64,000 nucleotides of DNA from Candidatus Thorarchaeota archaeon (GTDB lineage: Archaea > Asgardarchaeota > Thorarchaeia > Thorarchaeales > Thorarchaeaceae), in contig JBHLRZ010000018.1 in the NCBI GenBank assembly GCA_048882045.1, positions 1,886 to 65,885 of the forward strand, read 5' to 3'. A model generated the notes under the pieces. That model worked only from the letters and a program-made list of their open reading frames with translations, had not been told where the DNA came from and made no database searches. The position numbers were made by a program, and so were the translations under genes. Of this stretch, positions 56,076-64,000 are shown piece by piece (the first letter of the stretch is position 1; the number at the start of each line of letters is the position of its first letter).

Positions 56076-57359
56076 GTGACGATTGACCATGACTCAAACA
56101 TTCTGAATATGCAATTAGTTGAGGGTATGTCAATCGAGAGAATTCGATTTGGTCTCAGTGCTAACCTAAGACGTCTAGCTGTGGTGACAGGCATTGCACA
56201 ATTCTGTATGAGTGTGTGGGCTTGGCAATTTGGTATATTCCTGCAGGCGACAGTGGATGAAGTGTGGCAGATTGGACTGACTTTCTCAACTGGGACATTT
56301 GCATCAATCATTGGCTTCGCAATATCTGGCACGATTGCTGATTACATAGGAAGGAAAAACGTGATGGTCTTCGCCTTCTTACCGATGTTCGTAGGACTTG
56401 TTACACTCCGTTTCTTTCCTGTATGGCCATGGATTCCTCTCGAGTATGCAACAATCCAGATAGGATGGTCATTCATTTTGATAATGACAAGTGCGATTCC
56501 TGCGGACGAGCTTGCACAAACGGGAGGAGAGAACGCAGTCCGGACCTTCAACATGGTCCTCCTACCAGCATTCCTGGTAGATGGAACTAGTCCTGTAATT
56601 GCTGGTTTCCTTCTCAACTTGGGATATGTGGCTGGGGACCTTCACCTCATGGCTGCAATAGGTACAATGGTTGCAGTAGTATCAACTCAGAGGGGAATAA
56701 GAGAGTCGCTATCTGGAGAAATCATTCAAAAGGCCAAGTCAGGTTCGGTCATTGCGCTCAGGGGACTTGGTCGTAACTTTTGGATATTCGTATCAGGAAT
56801 GTTTGGTTTTGTTTTTCTGATGAATCTAGCATTCCCCTACTTAGGCAATCTTGTTGTAAGTGAGTGGGGTCTCAGCGAGTCAATCTATGCGTTTGCATGG
56901 AGTGGCTGGTCACTCACATGTGTCATTTTGATGTATGGAATTGGAACAGCTACTGACAGAAATATTAGAGCAGCCTTGATTGTGGGAACGTTCTCAACAG
57001 CATTAATTGTTGGACTCTATTCATATGGCACATCAGTATTGGATCTAGTCATCTTGAACATCCTACTTGCTGCTCCAATTGTGATTTGGAGTGGAGCAGA
57101 AAAGACCTTGGCAGTAAATGGTGTTTCCAACGAGATGAAAGGACGTGCTCTCGGTGCATATCAGCTCGTTATGAGTACAACTCGACTATTTGCTCAGTCT
57201 ATTGGAGCAATACTTTGGGATACTCTTGGGAGTTTGAGAGCTGTGTATGGGGTTGCGAGTATTCTTGGAATGGTCATTGTTATAGGGATTACCTATGCGC
57301 TTATGACCTTGAAGCTGGAATACAGAGGAGAAACCGATACACTCACAGATTCCGAGTAA
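56076..57359 (+). CDS. MFS transporter
   Basis: 12-TM profile with loop DYIGRKNVM. GTG start. Probable ATG at 56109. Confidence 0.7.
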   Translation: MTIDHDSNILNMQLVEGMSIERIRFGLSANLRRLAVVTGIAQFCMSVWAWQFGIFLQATVDEVWQIGLTFSTGTFASIIGFAISGTIADYIGRKNVMVFAFLPMFVGLVTLRFFPVWPWIPLEYATIQIGWSFILIMTSAIPADELAQTGGENAVRTFNMVLLPAFLVDGTSPVIAGFLLNLGYVAGDLHLMAAIGTMVAVVSTQRGIRESLSGEIIQKAKSGSVIALRGLGRNFWIFVSGMFGFVFLMNLAFPYLGNLVVSEWGLSESIYAFAWSGWSLTCVILMYGIGTATDRNIRAALIVGTFSTALIVGLYSYGTSVLDLVILNILLAAPIVIWSGAEKTLAVNGVSNEMKGRALGAYQLVMSTTRLFAQSIGAILWDTLGSLRAVYGVASILGMVIVIGITYALMTLKLEYRGETDTLTDSE

Positions 57360-57378
57360 TGTTCTTATCTTCGTTTAC

Positions 57379-59340
57379 GTGATTGAGGGACATGATTGGA
57401 GTTCTCGAGGGATGAGTATGGAAGAAGATGACTCTTCGTTTATTGGACGCCGACTGAAGCAGACGGGAGACCTATTGCTTGGTGGTGCTCAGAAACAGGT
57501 CGTCGATTACAGGAGCAAGTTCGAGGGGCTTGTGGGAGCCTATGATGATTTCCTCTCGAACCTGCTTGTATCTTACAGTGATGCATTATTCAATCTCGAC
57601 TTTGTTGACAAGTTCTTTGGCAAAAGAAAACTGGCTTTCGCTGGAATCGATGGTACGGTACTAAAGTATGATGTCTTTGACCTCGTGGTCTTCTTTGCAG
57701 GAGCCTATAGTTCACACGGGGGCATAGTAATAGAGGAATCTGGAGAGGGGAAAATCACCTATGATGAGAAATATTTGGAAAAAGGGATGGGAGTATCAAG
57801 TGTCCTTCCGGTATACATCAACGAAATACCTCTCATTGATCAAACACTACTCGTACGTAGCGAGGATGGTCTTATCGACAATTCGATAACATTCACTGAT
57901 GCATGGGTTGTTGATAATTCTGCTTTTGCAGACTATCTGATGGGACTTGCAGAGTTCTACCTTGGATACAAGTTGGTCAGTATTGAAAATCCAGTGGATA
58001 TCTTACTGATTGATCGTGTGTTCTCCTCAGAAATAGCTTCATTCTATGCTGAAACCTCAGACTTCCGGCTGAGCCTTGATCACGAGTGTGGGATTATCGG
58101 ACATAAGATAGATGGTCAACCTTTCAACAAGACAGAGTGGGTCAATGCAAGGAAGTTGTTTGGAAATCTAGACCTCGGTACACCACCTGCTAGAGGAGAG
58201 TTTCTGTTGTCGAGAGTTGTGACAGAACTCCTTAATGAAACGAGTCACTCAATGACCAGGGATGAGATAGCTGCAAGACTCTGGTTGAAAGACGAGTTTC
58301 ATCTAGCAAGACTCGACAAAGAACTCGAGAAAGGAATCAGAGGTTCTGGAGAGGCGGAAGGCATCATCATTCGCAAGGGAAAACAATTCATCGTGAAGCC
58401 GCAGTATAAGGACATCAAATCACGAGTGAGGAAACTTGTTGAAGAGGTCTGTGAGAGGATGTTCTCAGCAGACCCCAATGTGTCCTACGAAGAGAGGTTC
58501 AAGATTGATGGACGTTGGATCACGACAAATGACCTTGCGTTCCTGTCACTCATGTCGTTGTATCTCATGGTTGAGAAATGTTGGGAGAACCCGACACTGC
58601 TGGTTGGAGTGGCAAAGGACACTTCTGCACGAGACCTCAAGAGACAGGTTCTACCTGTATTGAATTACGTTGGTCGATTCAATGGTGGTTTTGGAGATAA
58701 GGGACAGGATACACCTGACACAGATCGCATGATACTCCAATGGATTTCTCTTCAGGAACAAGAAAAGATCAAGGTCCCATGGTCAACGGTAGAGTATGAT
58801 ACAGCGTTCAAGACAATCATACCTCATTACAAAAGAACACCCGGGCTTGTTTCAGGAGCCCGTCGAAACCAGATATCTCTAGAGAAGACATTCGCCAAGT
58901 CCTACTTCCAGCTGTGTCAGGCTGCTTCCGATCCCAAACTTCGAAGCAATGTACTACTCTATGACAGGTTGATATATCCGGAGTTTGATTGTGGAACAGA
59001 CAGACTAACGACTCTCCCACACGAGTATGAGAACAGGCCAGATAGTCCTGAACCTGTTGAGGTAGTCTTCTATGAGGGTGTAGACAACCAAGTTCAATCA
59101 TTCATAATTACTCTGTTCAAGGGAATGACCAGCACGAGTATTCCCGAACTCTTTGGGCACATCCGTCCGCTGTATATAGCTGACAAAGTAGCCAAATATT
59201 ACTGGAGCCAGTTCAAGGGAATGGTCGAGAGTACTGGCGTTTGGCTGGTCAATCGCCAAGATCTGAGAGAATTCCTATTCTATCTTAGTAGCTTTAGAGA
59301 AAGGAGGTCAAGTGTTGAGCAATCAAGAAAGACAAACTAG
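57379..59340 (+). CDS. NurA-like nuclease domain protein (653 aa) with long uncharacterised C-terminal extension
   Basis: KLAFAGIDGTVLKYD resembles NurA motif I (aaVDGS). Overlaps the downstream HerA-like gene by 29 nt. Confidence 0.45.
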   Translation: MIEGHDWSSRGMSMEEDDSSFIGRRLKQTGDLLLGGAQKQVVDYRSKFEGLVGAYDDFLSNLLVSYSDALFNLDFVDKFFGKRKLAFAGIDGTVLKYDVFDLVVFFAGAYSSHGGIVIEESGEGKITYDEKYLEKGMGVSSVLPVYINEIPLIDQTLLVRSEDGLIDNSITFTDAWVVDNSAFADYLMGLAEFYLGYKLVSIENPVDILLIDRVFSSEIASFYAETSDFRLSLDHECGIIGHKIDGQPFNKTEWVNARKLFGNLDLGTPPARGEFLLSRVVTELLNETSHSMTRDEIAARLWLKDEFHLARLDKELEKGIRGSGEAEGIIIRKGKQFIVKPQYKDIKSRVRKLVEEVCERMFSADPNVSYEERFKIDGRWITTNDLAFLSLMSLYLMVEKCWENPTLLVGVAKDTSARDLKRQVLPVLNYVGRFNGGFGDKGQDTPDTDRMILQWISLQEQEKIKVPWSTVEYDTAFKTIIPHYKRTPGLVSGARRNQISLEKTFAKSYFQLCQAASDPKLRSNVLLYDRLIYPEFDCGTDRLTTLPHEYENRPDSPEPVEVVFYEGVDNQVQSFIITLFKGMTSTSIPELFGHIRPLYIADKVAKYYWSQFKGMVESTGVWLVNRQDLREFLFYLSSFRERRSSVEQSRKTN

Positions 59341-61234
59341 CCGAAGTCTTTTCACAGACTTTGATGGAGCCTTCGAAGGAAGGTTGGCAAGGGTCATCTC
59401 TGTGGCTGCAAATTACACTTCTGAATGGGCGGGTTCAGCAGCTCGATATGACTGTCGGATCAAGATTCGATACAACAAGGAGCTGATGGCTCAGCTAGAG
59501 GAAGGCATGTTGTTAGCTGTGAAAAACTTCAGAGGACAGTCAAAGAGAGCCATTAGTGAGGGCATCGTACGTTATACTGTCATGGTAATTAGTAAGGTGT
59601 GGCCACTTCACTATGGCCTTGGCGGAGTAAGTGACAGCCATTACTACCCTCTACAAATGGAAATAATCGAACAGTCTGTTCCTGATTGGTCGACTGACGA
59701 CCAGGCAACTATGATGGTCCAAATGAATGCTGTTCCGATCAACTACGACCTCATTATCGACAAAAAAGGAGAGATAGAGTTCAGAAAGGGATTCTCATAT
59801 CCATTGGTTGGCGAGAAAGCTCATGTCATTGACTTGGAAACTGTCGATCTCATCTACAATGACAAGGTGAAGAAAGCTATGGGATTTGCCAAGAAGACAA
59901 CATCAGAAGACCCCAAGAAAGATCCTAGAGTTGGAGTACTCAGGATGTTCATGGAATCGGATCACCAGGTCCCAATCTATGTCGATTTGGCGAAGCTTGT
60001 CAGATACCACTTTGGTGTATTCAGCTTCACAGGCGGCGGAAAAAGCAATCTGATGTCTAATCTATTCAGACGAATCCTCTATCACGATAAGGACACTAAA
60101 CTTGTGTTATTCGATATCTCGTGTGAGTATCCCTTCTTGCTTAGTGATGTCTTCATGGATCCCAAAATCCAAAGTACCATAGTTTTGGAGGAGGACCCCA
60201 AGACCCCAGAAAACTTCGCTCGCTCAGTTGTCAAACCACGAGACTTCGAAGAAGATCCTCGAGCCAATGACATCTTGAGGGCTATATATGACACTGGAAA
60301 AGTCACATTCTACAACCGACCACTCACACAAGTTCCAACATATGGTAGCCTCTTACAGGAGATGCGAGGGTTGCGGACAGAGAACTCTGGTAGACCTACA
60401 TATGTTCAAGCAATGGATGAGCTCATAGACTTCCTTGCTTCATATGTGAATTCTACAGGTAAGACTGAGCATGAAGAGATTGACGATGCTTTTGTGGATC
60501 TACTTGACCAAGAGGCACGAAAAGCTATCGCGACATTTCAAGTCCATGACAAATCTACACTTTATGCATGGGCCACAACAAGGAATACCCTCAAGAAGGT
60601 TCTTTCAAGAGCTAAAAGTGCAAAGCAAACTGGTGTAACCATCAAGGAACTGATGAAGAAGTTCAGTGGTCCTGAACGAGTTATCTGCATCTCCATAGCA
60701 GATCCAGACACTCTTCGAGACCTAGTCATCAAACTGACAAGTGCAGCACTTCGATATCGAAAACGCAGCTTTGAAATTAAACCCCATATTCTGTTCGTCT
60801 TTGATGAGGCTCAAGAGTTCATCCCATCAGGTGCAAGTGGCCATCTAGCACAGACGAGTGCAGCAGTAGAAAGACTCCTTCGGCAGGGGAGAAAGTATGG
60901 TCTCGGAGGAGCTATTGCAACCCAGAGGATAGCGTATCTCAATACGAACATACTTCAGCAGCTACACACCTTCTTTGTTGGGACATTACCTCGTCCCTAT
61001 GACCGGACTGTGGTGAGTAGTTCATTTCAGATCGACCTGAGTATCCTTGACAAGACCCTAGATTTCCCACCTGGGTCGTGGTTGTTATCAAGTTACATCG
61101 CCACCGGACTTGACAGCGTTCCAGTCTTTGTCAAAGCGGACAACTCAGAGGATGTTTTGAGGAAACATATTGCATCAATCGCATCCAGCGCTAAGAAAGG
61201 AGCGTCTGATTCGGAACAGACCAAACTAGAATGA
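59312..61234 (+). CDS. herA: HerA-like (DUF87 / FtsK-HerA superfamily) ATPase
   Basis: HAS-barrel-like N-terminus, Walker A FSFTGGGKSN, Walker B ILFVFDEAQEF, and the HerA-type GLGGAIATQRIAYLNTNILQQ. GTG start 5 nt after AAGGAGGT. Confidence 0.8.
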   Translation: MLSNQERQTSRSLFTDFDGAFEGRLARVISVAANYTSEWAGSAARYDCRIKIRYNKELMAQLEEGMLLAVKNFRGQSKRAISEGIVRYTVMVISKVWPLHYGLGGVSDSHYYPLQMEIIEQSVPDWSTDDQATMMVQMNAVPINYDLIIDKKGEIEFRKGFSYPLVGEKAHVIDLETVDLIYNDKVKKAMGFAKKTTSEDPKKDPRVGVLRMFMESDHQVPIYVDLAKLVRYHFGVFSFTGGGKSNLMSNLFRRILYHDKDTKLVLFDISCEYPFLLSDVFMDPKIQSTIVLEEDPKTPENFARSVVKPRDFEEDPRANDILRAIYDTGKVTFYNRPLTQVPTYGSLLQEMRGLRTENSGRPTYVQAMDELIDFLASYVNSTGKTEHEEIDDAFVDLLDQEARKAIATFQVHDKSTLYAWATTRNTLKKVLSRAKSAKQTGVTIKELMKKFSGPERVICISIADPDTLRDLVIKLTSAALRYRKRSFEIKPHILFVFDEAQEFIPSGASGHLAQTSAAVERLLRQGRKYGLGGAIATQRIAYLNTNILQQLHTFFVGTLPRPYDRTVVSSSFQIDLSILDKTLDFPPGSWLLSSYIATGLDSVPVFVKADNSEDVLRKHIASIASSAKKGASDSEQTKLE

Positions 61235-61295
61235 AACTCACGTGGTATTTTTATCACCTGAAGAAGACTCGATGGTGCAGAAATGAGGCAGGCTG

Positions 61296-61859
61296 ATGAT
61301 TATCGACTATGGATGCAGGACGGTAGGTGTCAAAGTTGTTTTCTTCGGACCAGCCATGAGTGGAAAGACTACTGCAATCCATTGGCTGTTCAAAAGCCTC
61401 GGTGTTGAGGAGGTCACATCTATTGAGAATACGATCGGTCGTACTCTATTCATGGACTTTGGAGTGATTCCGTTCTCCCTCGGTGACTCTTGGACAATCA
61501 ATGCTCATGTTTGGTCAGCAACAGGACAGGACTTCTACAGGTCAACAAGGGAGGTGGTTCTGGTTGGTGCGGATGGAATCATCTTCGTAGCAGATGCACA
61601 AGAACATCTCCAAGAGGAGAATGTGAAGAGTTGGCAAGAGCTGGTTTCGACTATGGCAGAGAATAAGGAGCTACTCCCTCTTGTCGTCTTCCTCAACAAA
61701 ACAGACCTCATGGACATAGTAACTGAGGAAGACCTTCGAAGTCATCTTCGCATTCCTACTTCTATCCCAATATTCAAGGGAATTGCTCGTGACGGGCACA
61801 ATGCCATTGAAACATTTCAGTGGTTATTTCAGACTGCGATGAAAGCCAATTTTACTTAG
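61296..61859 (+). CDS. MglA-like small Ras-superfamily GTPase
   Basis: G1 KVVFFGPAMSGKTT, RTLFMDF, G3 WSATGQDFY, GADGIIFVADAQ, G4 LNKTDL. Closely parallels MglA blocks (KIVYYGPGLCGKTT / TLFFDF / TVPGQVFY / NKRDL). Confidence 0.75.
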   Translation: MIIDYGCRTVGVKVVFFGPAMSGKTTAIHWLFKSLGVEEVTSIENTIGRTLFMDFGVIPFSLGDSWTINAHVWSATGQDFYRSTREVVLVGADGIIFVADAQEHLQEENVKSWQELVSTMAENKELLPLVVFLNKTDLMDIVTEEDLRSHLRIPTSIPIFKGIARDGHNAIETFQWLFQTAMKANFT

Positions 61860-62584
61860 TTCTCATCTAGTTCAGGCATAGACATTATCGCTGATACATC
61901 CCTAGTATTCGCGAGTTCTCCGAGAAGATGTCCGGCTCGCCTAGCTTTGGTCGCGAGGTATTCCTGACTGAATTCTGTAGGGATTGTGATGAGAGGGAGT
62001 CGTTCGACAATCTTGATCCCAGCCTGTGTTAGTTGACGAATCTTCTCAGGATTGTTTGTGAGAAGTTTGATTGATTTTATCTGAAGGTTGTTCAGAATGT
62101 TTACAGCTATTCCGTAATCACGCTCATCTGGTTTGTATCCGAGGTGAATGTTTGCATCTACAGTATCAAGACCTTGATCCTGTAGAGCGTATGCTCGTAT
62201 CTTCTCAGCGAGACCTATGTTACGACCTTCCTGACGAAGATAAAGGACTACGCCGGTTCCCTCATTCTCAATAATCTTCAGAGCCTCGAGAAGTTGGTCA
62301 CGACAATCACATCTGTTGCTGCCCATCACATCTCCTGTCAAGCATTCAGAATGTACACGAGTCACAACACCCTCCTTCCCTACAACATCACCCTTGGCAA
62401 TTGCAGTGTGTTCTTTGCCATCACAAGGACTGACAAACCCAGCAACTTGGAAATTTCCAAATCTGCTAGGAAGATCAGCGATGGCAACAAGCTGGACACA
62501 ACATTCGTCAGTCGCACACACTTGTTTTTCACTAGCTTCAATCAATTGGTCAATCTGTTCAGGAGATAGTTTCATGGATTTCAC
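61856..62584 (-). CDS. ribA: GTP cyclohydrolase II
   Basis: RVHSECLTGDVMGSNRCDCRDQL…YLRQEGRNIGL…KIRAYALQDQGLDTV…ERDYGIA…IKLLTNNPEKI matches RibA end to end. Confidence 0.9.
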   Translation of the reverse strand: MKSMKLSPEQIDQLIEASEKQVCATDECCVQLVAIADLPSRFGNFQVAGFVSPCDGKEHTAIAKGDVVGKEGVVTRVHSECLTGDVMGSNRCDCRDQLLEALKIIENEGTGVVLYLRQEGRNIGLAEKIRAYALQDQGLDTVDANIHLGYKPDERDYGIAVNILNNLQIKSIKLLTNNPEKIRQLTQAGIKIVERLPLITIPTEFSQEYLATKARRAGHLLGELANTRDVSAIMSMPELDEN

Positions 62585-62706
62585 CTGTGTCGGTGTATCG
62601 GCTCCTATACATTGCTATCATATATCTTTGGATTCTGCAGTAAATCCGGCATTGCTATATACCACATTAGCAAGCCCGAATTCAGCAAATTCAGAGAGGA
62701 CATCTG

Positions 62707-63771
62707 ATGACACGTAATCATACCAGTGCTGTTGAGAAGAGTGAAGCTTGGTTGAAGGAGAATGTCAAACGCTATGCCTTCAAGAAGCTCGAAAGGGAAA
62801 TAATCCTGACAGGAGCCTGTGTTGAATGCGGATCCTGCGTAGAGGGCTGTCCAGTTGACGCTCTTACTGGAGAATATGTTGAGAGTAAGTACACACCAAC
62901 CCTAACTGGAAAATGTACAGCATGTGGCATATGTTACGCCATGTGTCCACGTACTTCCTTTGTTGAGGAGGAAAATGTCGGAGAGTACCTAAGTGTTTGG
63001 AAAGTTAGGTCTCTTGGAGACCATTCACGTCAAGATGGCGGAGGAGCCACTGCAATCCTTGGATATATGCTTGAGAGTGGAGCTATCGAAGGTGCTGTTG
63101 TAGTGGGGCAGTCAGATGAGCCATGGAAGCCTATAGCGAAACTAGTCAGGAACAGAGATGAACTATTAGAGAGTGGAGGGACAATTTATACTCATGCTCC
63201 TATCTTACAAGCGATGTTGGGCGGATTCAAGGAAGGACTATCATCTATCGCAGTAGTTGGCACATCTTGCAACATCGAAGCGGTCACTAAGATGCAAAAC
63301 CATCCTGCAGGTCTCTTCAACGTTGACAAGGAAGCGAGCGTGTTCAAAGTCAACCTCTTCTGTATGGAATCATTCAATTATGACAAGTTGAAAGCATTCT
63401 TGAAGAGTGAAGGAGTGGATATAGCAAAGGTAGATCGATTCGCAATCTCCAAGGGACAGTTCATGGTAACTGTTGGTGATGAAGAGAAGAGTTGGCCCGT
63501 TGCAGATCTAAATGCTATCGCCGCAACCTCCTGCTCATATTGTCTTGATTTGACAGGAATGAACTCAGACATCTCCTGTGGTAACATCGGTTCAGATGAG
63601 GGATGGACAACTGTCATAGTCAGGAGCAAGCAAGGCGAGAAAATCTTCAAAGAAGTCATCAAAGCAGGACTTGTTGAAGCTGAGGAAATTGATGAAAAGG
63701 AATTTGCAGCTGTTGTCAATACAGCCCGGTCAAAAAGACACAAGCTGTACAAGCTAGAACCTCATCACTAG
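62707..63771 (+). CDS. FrhB/FdhB-family protein (coenzyme F420 hydrogenase/dehydrogenase beta-subunit-like) with N-terminal 2x[4Fe-4S] ferredoxin domain
   Basis: CVECGSCVEGCP and CTACGICYAMCP clusters, then ATAILGYMLESGAIEGAVVVGQSDEPW…GGTIYTHAP, typical of the FrhB N-terminal domain. Confidence 0.7.
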   Translation: MTRNHTSAVEKSEAWLKENVKRYAFKKLEREIILTGACVECGSCVEGCPVDALTGEYVESKYTPTLTGKCTACGICYAMCPRTSFVEEENVGEYLSVWKVRSLGDHSRQDGGGATAILGYMLESGAIEGAVVVGQSDEPWKPIAKLVRNRDELLESGGTIYTHAPILQAMLGGFKEGLSSIAVVGTSCNIEAVTKMQNHPAGLFNVDKEASVFKVNLFCMESFNYDKLKAFLKSEGVDIAKVDRFAISKGQFMVTVGDEEKSWPVADLNAIAATSCSYCLDLTGMNSDISCGNIGSDEGWTTVIVRSKQGEKIFKEVIKAGLVEAEEIDEKEFAAVVNTARSKRHKLYKLEPHH

Positions 63772-63817
63772 TAAAGAAATGAAGTGAGAGGTTACTCTCC
63801 CACTCGTTCATGTTCAG

Positions 63818-64000
63818 TTACCTTCTGCGCATGAAGACTACAGCAGCAATGATTGCTATCACAGCAACTCCAGCTCCAATGATGAGGAGAGTGGTATCGC
63901 CTCCACCATCAGTTGTTGTGGGAGTAGGATCGGATGTTGTAGGTGTAGTAGATTCAGGAGGTACGATATCTATTGTGTCCTTCACAACTATGTTGTCAAC
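63818..64000 (-). CDS. C-terminal end of another secreted surface protein (Thr/Pro linker + TM anchor + RRR); 5' part lies outside the window
   Basis: Minus-strand translation: …VDNIVVKDTIDIVPPESTTPTTSDPTPTTTDGGGDTTLLIIGAGVAVIAIIAAVVFMRRR*. Confidence 0.6.
   Translation of the reverse strand, partial: VDNIVVKDTIDIVPPESTTPTTSDPTPTTTDGGGDTTLLIIGAGVAVIAIIAAVVFMRRR

Noticed and set aside
1-64000. CRISPR array / cas genes
   Set aside because: There are no short direct repeats with regular spacers. The only recurrent short motifs are the 3-copy intergenic element and the TetR palindromes. The HerA-like ATPase is not accompanied by cas genes.

Overview
This 64 kb window is a gene-dense stretch of archaeal-looking DNA at roughly 40% GC. 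I read it as archaeal from the combination of GTP-PEPCK, a tungsten AOR-family oxidoreductase, an FrhB-family protein, a NurA-like/HerA pair, a Lrp/AsnC regulator, Thr/Pro-rich linkers with C-terminal membrane anchors, and an MglA/Ras-like GTPase. Most of the coding capacity is surface and membrane protein genes. These comprise two tandem paralogous secreted proteins of about 1,170 aa (526..7568), a third 1,187-aa one (48243..51806), a beta-helix surface protein, a membrane-anchored GH12-like glucanase, and a tandem family of five small anchored proteins that share an unusual C-terminal transmembrane segment carrying a conserved Glu. Housekeeping and metabolic genes are interspersed: OCD-family dehydrogenase, TetR+MFS efflux pair with palindromic operators, fused Lrp/AsnC regulator, an SDR–CrtI-like pair, pckG, AOR, glycogen debranching enzyme, ribA, FrhB-family protein. 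I found no rRNA genes and no CRISPR array; I could not fold any complete tRNA (an orphan T-arm-like hairpin is reported under findings). Non-ATG starts (TTG/GTG) are common in the ORF track, so several N-termini are uncertain. The loci I would look at first are: (i) three tandem, roughly 75%-identical membrane-anchored proteins with a conserved ~280-aa domain and C-terminal zinc ribbon, interleaved with a DMT transporter; (ii) a co-directional NurA-like / HerA-like / MglA-like GTPase cassette with no Mre11/Rad50; (iii) three copies of the AOR gene 3' end (one intact, one 165-nt remnant, one ~40-nt remnant) bracketing small gene cassettes; (iv) a conserved intergenic motif present three times within 3.5 kb; (v) a CPBP protease interrupted by a single in-frame TGA.
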